A stretch of DNA of 62,979 nt, counting the filler, from Sluysia triapertura (taxonomy: Eukaryota): the NCBI GenBank assembly GCA_046118255.1. It is 5 parts of 5 records of this genome, joined end to end, with 100 filler letters (N's around TTAATTAATTAA, not from the genome) between each part and the next. Parts side by side here need not be neighbours in the genome. Positions count along the whole stretch, not along the records: positions 51,735 to 62,979 come from JBJNIA010186880.1; 4 more parts are not named here. One strand, given 5' to 3'. Position numbers and translations under genes: made by a program. The notes under the pieces are model-generated. The model was not told the DNA's origin and did not search any database. It saw only the letters and a list, made by a program, of their open reading frames with translations. Shown here one piece after another: positions 53,201 to 62,979 of the stretch (position 1 is its first letter; every line of letters starts with the position of its first letter).

Positions 53201-54802
53201 ATGTTACTCTCGTTATAATAATTATTATACACCTTTTTTCTATCATTTTTATCAGAAAACTTATAGAAAAATTATTGTATTTATATTTATCTTGATTATT
53301 AGAAAATTTAATCACTTGTCTATCTATATCTGTAAGAATTATAGGTTCAATGGTCATCACATTAGATTGATGTATAATACCTGTTAGAATTTCTACATTT
53401 GACGCTTTCCTTACAAAGCCACCTAAATTAGTTAAATCTAACATCAACATTTTTTCTTTACAATAGGCTTCCTAATCCGAATACCGATACTGATACTGAT
53501 TACCGAAGTTTGATAAGGAGTCTGGATTAGGTCAAACGAAAGGAAAAAAGGATCGATATTCATTTCTCTTTTCCTTTTAGTTCTTGACGTCTAATGTTAA
53601 ATATGAAATAATTTGATTAAAACAAATTTATATCGTTATAATTAAACTTTACTGTGCGCCAAAATTTATGTTTTCTTTATTCCAAATATTCAACGTTAAC
53701 TCAACAATTTTTCCTATATTTATTTCTTTTATTTTGATTCAAATATTTTATACATGTATTCCATTAACATAATTCGTCATAGTGTTTTATCTTATTTCTT
53801 CAGTACTACTTACTTTATTCTTATACTGTGAGCCATAACCCTTATATCTACTTCATCTTTCACCAAACCCAACAAAATTAAATTTATTATAAGAATAATT
53901 TAAATAAAATAGAAGCAGTTTAAAAGACTCAACTATAATTTTAAATGAAATCTCAACGTTGAGAAGAATATACCGTTATCATAATATAGTTTATTATTTA
54001 CGATTAATTAGATGTCCTAATATTTTCAATACTATATTTTATAATATTTATTTACATTTTTTGACAATATAATTAGTATTTTATTTCATCTTCTTATTTA
54101 ATCCTTAAATCCTTAAATCTTACTTAAATCTTATACTTATCTTTAGTTTCACTCAAGCGTCTTATATCCTTAACTTATCCGCGATTCAGTTATTTTAACT
54201 TTGTGAATATTTTAATTACTGAAAATTATAAATTTTGACTTTTCTTCATTAATTTTCAAATATTTATTCTCAACTCAGTTAATCATTCTTCTATTATTTT
54301 AATGTTTTTTCAATTTTAATGTAAATTTCCTGATCAACGGCATATATGTTACATTTATGACCATTTGATTTTATTATACTTGAAACATCATTGATATTTA
54401 AGGAACTCCATACTTTATCCGTCTCATTAAACTAAACATTATTTAATAGAACATTTTTTCTTTATTTAAACATTTCATTACATTAAATGAGAAGCACATT
54501 TTTTGGATATCATGATATGACATCCGACACCACAAAAGCCATTTACCATAACTAAAACTATTTAAATATAATTTATTCTTAAGATAACTGTTTTTAAGAA
54601 TTAATGATTTTTTTAATTTATTTTATTAATATTGAATTTTGGGGTTGTTTTAAATCATTAAATTAAGAGAATTTGCTATTATATAGTAAGCATATTTAAA
54701 ATATATTTGTTATAAAAATATTTTTCTAATTGTCATATAATTCTAATTTATAAATATTAATTATATTTATAGAAACGCTCTTATCATTAAAATTATTTTC
54801 TA

Positions 54803-55044
54803 ATGGTCTGCATACCATGTATAGTTGTACCCTTTTTGCTATGGGTTTTTCACAAATACGTCAGACCAATTTTAGCTATATTTTTTGAAAAGTATCAAAT
54901 AAAACGGCGTATAATTGAAGTAAAAATGGATGATGTAAGTGAAGAAAAGGATCAATTATTGAAAGCAGAAAATGAATTTGAGGTTATTATTTGGTTAATT
55001 TTATAATTTGTTAGGTTAATGAAGATAATAAAAAGAATGATTAA
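54803..55044 (+). CDS. C18orf32: UPF0729 / C18orf32 homologue, 69 aa, two exons (54803-54982 and 55015-55044)
   Basis: Diagnostic N-terminus MVCIPCIVVPFLLWVFHKYVRP. A 32-nt phase-0 GT-AG intron gives the C-terminus VNEDNKKND*. Confidence 0.9.
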
Positions 55045-58000
55045 TAAAATTTACATTTTTGATTGTACTTTCATTGATTTTTTATTGTGAAATTAAATTG
55101 TGATACTGATGTGTATTTGAAATGTATTTGTTGATGTGTTTTGATTATAATTAGTTCAATTTTTAAATCATGAGTTTCATTTATAGTGGTACTGAAATAA
55201 TTTATGTTATACTCGTGTTGGTAAAAATTTTATAATTTTTACGAAATGACCTGTTTGATAAGATATTTTGTTTTTGTATTTTATCCAAGCTACATTTCGT
55301 GAATGTTTTTTAGTAACTTGTGTGTTTGGAAAACATACTAAAAAGTGCATGTAATAATCAAAACTAAACTAGTATTATGCAATAAAATGAAAATATTAAA
55401 TGATTTCACTTGATACATCTAAACTATAAGATTATTGAGATTGTTTCTAAGAAATTAAAAATGTACTAAATAAAGTTCCATAAGATTAAAATACCAGTTT
55501 AAATGTTCAACAATGGGAACATGACCTAAATTATGCGTCAAGATAAAAGATTAGGTGCATTTATTAAACAGCTAAAACAGGAAAAGTAGGTACTTGAAGC
55601 ATTTGCAAACTAATAATTTTATGAAAGTTTATTTTTAGATAAATTTAAATTGATTCATTACAACTCACTTTATAAAATTTTATACTATTACGAATTTTAA
55701 GTAATATATTAAATTTGAAGCTGTCTATGTATTTGTTTTAAAAAGACCTTTCGATGAAGGTATGGTTTGACTGAGTCTATGCAAGGAAAACCTAAATATT
55801 GAGCAAAGTCAACTTTTAATTGTGGAATGTTGAATTTTTAATACTTATGTTGTTATGAAAGAGGATAATCTAGAACTGAGTTGGAAATATCTGTAAAATG
55901 GTTTGTTAGAGTATAAGAACCTTAAACACTTTTCATTAGAAAATTGTATGAGAAACTAAAATCAATTAAAATTTAATTCATCATTTTTATATATTTTAAG
56001 AATAGTAGTGATAGTTACTTTAATGGGAGAAGTAATTTAAGTAAAAATAGATCGAGTAGAGTAGAAGAAAATAATAGGTCATAAATCAATTTTTTGTGTT
56101 TTGCACATAATAAAGTTTGACAGAACGTACCATTATTAAATTATCAAAGTTGTTTTTGTCGGTCTAATTCTCAAAGAGGTTTTGATGATTTGTGTGAAAG
56201 AATGCTTGATCAAAAAATTCAGGAATGATTGGATGATGAGAAAGTATAAAAAAGAATAACTAAAAATTTTAAACGATACTGCTGTGAAGATCCATGTACT
56301 GGGTAAAATTCTGAATTTATTTTATTTTGATTTTAAGTAAATTAGTTTTGTTTTGGGGAGATTTCCTCTTTAATTAAACTAAGCATTAGTTACACTAAAC
56401 ATTTTGTTTCTTGATTAATCTATGAGTAAAGAGGTTAATTACTGAATTGTAATTTTTTTTATTATATTGGAAGTTATATTAAGATTGTAGACTAATTTGA
56501 TTATTGAAATTTCCTATTAATAATTTATTTAATGAATTATTTTTGAAAACATAGTATTGGAGGATTACACTACCCGCGATATCTCTTTTGAATCTATTTT
56601 AAAAACTATAATTATAAAACAAAAAACCTAACATTATCAATACTAATTGAAAGAACTTACGATTTCGACATGGAATGCATGGACTGAAAAGATTATTTTC
56701 AAATAGACAAATGTAAATATTATTCCAATCGATGTGAAAATAACTTGAAGGTTAGAGGAAACGATAAGTTGAACGGATAACGATTATTTAGATATATCAA
56801 AAGAGGTTTTGATGATGTGTGTGAGTGAGTGTTGGATTGTGAAACTCAGGATTGATTGGATGATTAGAGAGTATAAAATGAAAAACTTAAAAATTTTACA
56901 ACACAATCATAGAGTCAGCTAACAAACAATTCCCTTATTTTTTTACTTTGGAGTACTTACACAATAGATATGAGCGCAGTATAAATTAATATATTGTTAT
57001 TAATTATGTTCGAATTTTATTCTGATTTATAAGTTTTTGAAGTAGAGTAAATTTAATTAGATTTAAGACTAATAAAGGTATAACAAATTATCATCTAAAT
57101 TGTGCTAATTATTTGCATCTGTCTTTTTCTGTTTCACTTTTAAAATACTTTTAGTGATATTTCTGTTAATAATAATAAATGTTTATGCATCTATATTATT
57201 TGGATTTTTAATGTAGTTTGTGTTATTTCGGAGACTGATCTCCTTTTGTCATCGGATAATCTACTAATACTTTATCTCCTTTGCTTTCTTATCATATGCA
57301 TCTCGTATGTTTCTTATTTGTAGACATACACCTTTCCAAACATTTCCAAAAATTGAGATGTTAGTGGTCAACCTACATTAAATAAAACTATGTGAAATCA
57401 GTAGCTGGATTTACAGAATAAACATGGTTTATTTTGGGGTCTTTCGATACTCCTTAATATCTTAACTTTTCTTGAAAAGTTTAAAATATTAAAGTAACAT
57501 AAATTTTTAAATCTAAACATAAACCATTTTTTAGTTTATCTACTAATGTCATCCCTTTTATCATCAATGACTTTACCCTGGCTGTAAAGCTTTTAAGTGC
57601 ATAAGCGAATTCATATATTGTTTTGTTTGGCTTTTGTTTCCTTATATTAAACATTTTCGCATAATATTTTCTTTTATCACATAGGATAATTTAAAAAAGT
57701 TTGCTTATTTCAAAGTTTGTTTATATCCAGTTAAATAGTTTTGAATTCTTTTGATTTTCTGTGATGCATTACAGCTATTAACTATCATATTCAAACAAAA
57801 ATTCGCAAAGATGCTCCTCTGCTTTATTAAATTTAAGCATTTTTGGAGAGATATTACAAGATACATTTCCGGGGCAATTTGTGTCAAAAATTTCTTAAAA
57901 TCATTAGTTAAAGTCATTCGTACGAATTGACAGAATTACTTTATAATTTATTCGGAAAATTTTGTTTATTTTTGAAAATCAAAAGTAAACCAGGGATGTT

Positions 58001-60049
58001 TCAGCTTAAATTCAAATGTCAACATAAAATTTAATAAACTTCTGTGAACAACTTATAAAACTGAAATCAAAACTTAAAATTATATCAAACTGTGAATAAA
58101 TAAACGTATGACAAAACTTGATTTAAACTTATAACTTATAAAGAATAACTTACATAAAACTTAAGAGAATCAGTAAATCAAAATTTAAACTTGAGTCGTG
58201 TTACTTAAAAAGTAAACTTATAATCAAAATAAAACATACCAAATAAACGTGAAACTTACAATTTTAATCAAAATTTATGAAGGTAATTGCATTTTAAACT
58301 TTAGGGAACTTATAATCGAAACAAACTTAAAATCAAATATATAAAACGTATTTGAAATAAGTCGTAAAACTTGTAACTTATAGACCTAAATGTAATTTAA
58401 ACTTAGAACTTTGCAGATTGAAATTTAAAAAAAATTGTCAAAACTTGAAATCAAAAAGAGTAGATTACAATAGACGTATAATTATCGTAATTTCAAAATT
58501 CAAAACTTAAAACGTAATTCTTTAATAACAAATTAAAAATCAAGTATTTTAATTTATTCCATATCCCTCATATGCAGGTTTCATTCTGAGCACCAGAATT
58601 CATGATGTAGTTTCACTTAAAAAACTACGATCATAAAGTGAATATCTTAAAATATTAGTAAGTTAATTTGTGATCCAAGTTTTATACAATTAAGGGCTTT
58701 TCCGTAGGATTTTTATGGAGGTTTCTTAATTACTTTAAGTTTCTGGGATATTCGTATGAATGCCTTAACAAAGAATTAATTATTAAACTCCTTTTGTAAT
58801 TATTGTAATAGACTCCGTTAAACTTAATTCAAATATTTAGTTACAGAGGTATTTTATGTTCTTGTTTAAAATAGGATTTTAAAAATGTATTTTAAGGATT
58901 TATTTAAAACAACCCGTTAAAACAAATAATAAAATTGGTTTTATATTACAGTAAACGACATAATTAATAAATAAAGGAGACGTATTATTAGGTTTTTTAA
59001 TTTTAAGACTTAACTTAAGTCCAACTAAATAAAACTCAAATTGACTATCTAAGTCGTTAGATTTTAATTAAGTTTCACAACCCTTTTATTAAGTTTCACA
59101 ACCATTTTATTAAAAATAAATTACACAACTCTATTAATGAGATGTTGTATGTAAAATGTTATTTTAGTATTTTACACAACTCTTAGATTGAGGTGTTGTT
59201 ATGAAAAATTATTTTAATGTTTTATTTAGTTGTTTAATCTAATTCGTTAATAGCTTACAAACAACTTACTCAAAAACAAAAGTTTATTAAAATCTCTAAT
59301 GATCTATTATAAAACAAAAGAAAAAACTAAATTCTTACAAGTAATTATATAATAACGATATACAGTTAAATAATTCAACACTGAGGTTGATTAAATACTA
59401 AATTTTAATGAAAATTTCGCAACCCTTTCTTTAAGGTTTTGATGAAAAAATTGTTTTTTGATTTTAAGTGTTATTTTAAATATCCCTTGTAAGGTGATAT
59501 TATCAAACTTATAAATAAAAAATTACTTGGAATTATTTGACATCATAAAAATTAACCGTTTATTTCTTGATCCGAAAATTTTCTTGACAACTTTAAAAAT
59601 GCTGAATCCTGGATAACTTTAAAAACTCTTGATAACTTTAGATGCTAAATACTAAATTGTAAATTGTGTTACTCTTGTTGTTCTGCCCTTCTATTTATAC
59701 TAATGTAAATGATTTAATAATAATTTTCCTAAAAATTAATATTTTCTTAAAATAATTAAAATAATTTACCGAAATAACCTTTTTTGTTAATAATAATAGA
59801 TTTGCTTTATCCAAGTAATTAATTTCTTTTGTTTTAAATAATTTCTTTATTTTTATAAATAATTTGTTTCGTTTAAACAATTTTTTAAAATTATTTAATT
59901 TTATTTAATTTTTTATTTTGTATTTTTTATTTAATTATAATAATAATAATATTAATGACATAAATATAAAAACATTGTTTAATTTATTTTACACTTTTAC
60001 AATATATTGATATTGTATATTGAATGTCACATAACCTAACATAACTGAC

Positions 60050-60950
60050 AGGTGTTGCGTTCGTGTAAAGTAAGAAATTAACGATCAAAGATAAGCTTTT
60101 AAGATAAATAAAATAGGAAATTGGGAAATTCCGAAGAATAATTGATAAACTTAAAAAGAGATTCCAACTATAAATAATTGACCGAAGAACAATATCATGA
60201 TAAAAATTATTACATCACATGAAAGAGAACAGGCTACAGCACGATGAAATCACTGAATCCATTCGACCTTAAAGAGAATGTAGCATGCAGCATAATCTCA
60301 ATACGGAGAAGATAAAATATGTGCCGATGTTTCTTCAAAAAAGAAAAATAAATGCGAAAGAAAAAGAAAAGATTATTCTGACGATTTAGCTAAAATAAAG
60401 AACGATTCACAGTCATTCTGTCGCTCTTAATATTCCCTGATATATTTAAAAAGCGAATATCCTCTACAGTTAAACCTACTTTAAAGGATTAATTTAAATT
60501 TGAAAAATTACAGTTTTGCTTTTAAATCTTACCTGAGAGAAACTGAAAAAGCAAAATATTTATCACTAAGTGATGTTCATGGCTGCATTGGTTCGATCAC
60601 GCTACGATGCACATCGAAAGTCTTCTTCTGACAATGAAATTAGAATACGGCTCTTCTTATGTCAAGTACCGGCTCACAGAAATTGTAAGAACAGACCTAA
60701 ATGAACAATAATAACTAAAAATGTGAAATCTGAGCATTGTAAAAAATGATTATAGAAACTGTTATTCCAGAAATTAAATCAAAATTTCCGAAAACCTCTA
60801 AAAATAAAACAATATATGTATGGCATGATAATGCAAATCTGAATTTCTCTGAAATGATGATCATATTGTTCCTGTAGATGGTTGGAATATTAAATTTAAG
60901 TCACAAACTCCAAATAGTCCTGATTTGTTCATTTACTTGACTAGTTCATT
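60050..60950 (+). mobile_element. Decayed mariner-type transposase of the plant-like (DD39D/Soymar-type) group
   Basis: KVMFMAAL, PAHRNCKNRPK, IETVIPEIKSKFPKTSKNKTIYVWHDNA and GWNIKFKSQTPNSPDL follow the pattern KVMFLAAVARP, PAKRSSKNRPxG, VIPAIKxKWP...IQQDNA, GWDI.L..QPPNSPDL. Confidence 0.85.
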
Positions 60951-62388
60951 TCACAACCCCGTGTGGAAATAATAATACTAATAAAATTAAAAACTAACTA
61001 AAAGTAGTTACAATTATTCTAAATTGTTTGTTGTGCATCTGAAACATTCACTTTAATTTTATTTGTTTTTATATTAACTTTAAATTCAAAACTCAATAAA
61101 TCAGAATAAAATTCAAACTCAATTATATTCGGTATAATGCAAATATTATAATCATAATAAATTAATTATAATCATAATTAATTATTAAATAATAATAATT
61201 AATCAAACAATTAGGACAAATAAGTCTAATTAGTCTCACAACTATCAATTATTGCTAAAAAAGTCCATTAATCAAAACAACTAAAACAACTATGAACTGT
61301 TATCATTATAAATCAGTATTAAATAATTAACAACTAATTTTTATATAATACTAATAACATAATAAACTACTTAACACACAGTATTGCTAGTTAAAGCATT
61401 TTGAATCTAATCCTTTTATTCGAAAGATCAAGTTTAAATTTCAAATACTTCACATTTCACATACCTTTTTACTTTATACTATTTAATTTCATTTATTACC
61501 TCAAATAATTCGAGATGAGAAAAACTCTATCTACAAGAACAACAAAATATAAACAATAATGAATGAATTTTGTTGCTTGTCCAGTGAAACTCGAATTAGC
61601 TACATTATCTGCCAAATCACACTTCATTGGAGCAACTTTATTCAGAAATATTTTTCTTGAAATTAATTGGTAAATATTCTATGAACCCCTTGGATATAAC
61701 TACTAAACCACAACATTTTGAGGCGTCAAACAGACTTGAATCTAGATTACTACTCCAAATGATTAAATTTTTCAATTAGGATTTAACTGGTGTTAGTTTC
61801 AGCGATTCTTCAGTAATAATTCAACAACAATGTTTAAAAACCATACCATTTTCTTTAAACATGTAAAAATAAAAATATTATTATTATTGTTGCACATGAT
61901 CTTTCTTATATTATAGCTAAATAGAGACGATGTAAAATGGCTTTACGTTTACCAGACTGCTTCGAAAAGTATCGCACACACTTCAATATTATTAGTTGTA
62001 AATGATTTCTATAAGAAAAGAAGCAATATTTTATTATTATTATTATTGTGTTTTTCTATTGTGTTTGTTTCATCTTAATTTCATTGTGATTTAAAGTTTT
62101 TATTTTTCAATTTTTATTTAATATATTTTATCATTATTTTATAAATCTGTAGTATTACAACTGAAATAGTTTTTACTTTTATATAAATAGAGTAAATAAC
62201 AACAAAAGTTTATTTAAGTTTTATTTTATTTGTTTACTTCTGTTAATTTAGAATAAATAAATAACAAAATAAATATTTATGTTTTATTTATTGAATAAAT
62301 AAATTTTTATGACATAATACATGTTTTAATTTATTTTTTAATTTGTTAATAGATTTTTTAAAATTTCATTTTTGTTGTTGTTGTTGTT

Positions 62389-62669
62389 TTATTCATACAA
62401 ATGTCCAAATTGTTGTTGATACGATTCTTCGTATTCTTTGGACCAATTAAAATAGTGTTCCAGTGTGCTATTTCTACGGATATCGCATGTCCAACAATGA
62501 AATCCACCTCCAATTGCAAAACAGTGCTTCATACTAACAGGTATACATTCGATACCATGTTTTTTAAACATAGGAATCATGCCAACCTCATCCTTTTCCA
62601 TAAAAACTCGTTTAGAATCCATCATCAAAGTATTCATGGCCAAATACGGCGAACTCATATAGAGAATAC
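62389..62669 (-). CDS. GATM: Glycine amidinotransferase, last exon (gene continues beyond the window)
   Basis: MSSPYLAMNTLMMDSKRV...GGGFHCWTCDIRR including the catalytic Cys motif; TTTAG acceptor at 62670-62671. Confidence 0.93.
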
Positions 62670-62979
62670 CTAAATTAATACTTAATAATGAATATAATAA
62701 TAATAATAAAGATTAAAATATCAAATAATCGAAAATTTATTAATAAAAAAGCAACACAGATTTGAACAATGGTTTATTGTACTCAATTTCATATAGATAA
62801 GTGAAAAAATTACAATTAATAATTAATCAAGCAGCAAGACTAATTCTACAAGTTGGAAGAAGATCACATATAACACCTTATCTTAAATAATTACTGTTAT
62901 TATTATTATTGTTGTTATTATAATTGTTATTATTATTGTTATTATTATTGTTATTACTATTGTTATTATTATTGTTATT

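Overview
Very AT-rich, intron-containing eukaryotic (animal-type) DNA from a draft assembly. There are four 100-bp gaps carrying an artificial TTAATTAATTAA spacer and one 130-N gap. Host genes I can support: the last exon of glycine amidinotransferase (GATM), a complete two-exon C18orf32/UPF0729 homologue with a 32-nt intron, two phase-compatible leishmanolysin-like (M8) exons about 9.2 kb apart, a decayed EGF-repeat gene, a RABL2 pseudogene fragment, a small 3-exon orphan gene, and two paralogous CCCH zinc-finger ORFs. Much of the rest is decayed mobile DNA: Ty3/gypsy pol, gag and integrase pieces, a solo LTR with a 5-bp TSD, a Tigger/pogo element, a deleted hAT (Buster/Charlie) element, a plant-type mariner, foldback elements and a tRNA-derived relic. 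Three signals stand out. (1) A dispersed ~1-kb cassette ends in a position-conserved ~62-nt hairpin with compensatory changes and precedes different cargo each time (two C-x9-C-x6-C-x3-H zinc-finger ORFs and a RABL2 fragment). (2) A ~50-nt pseudoknot/switch-like motif with covarying pairs occurs five times, near an LTR end. (3) A repeat carries a heat-shock-element/CCAAT/TATA promoter. The tiny introns, AT content and repeat load would fit a reduced parasitic invertebrate such as an orthonectid, but that is inference only. All alignments and folds were done by eye.
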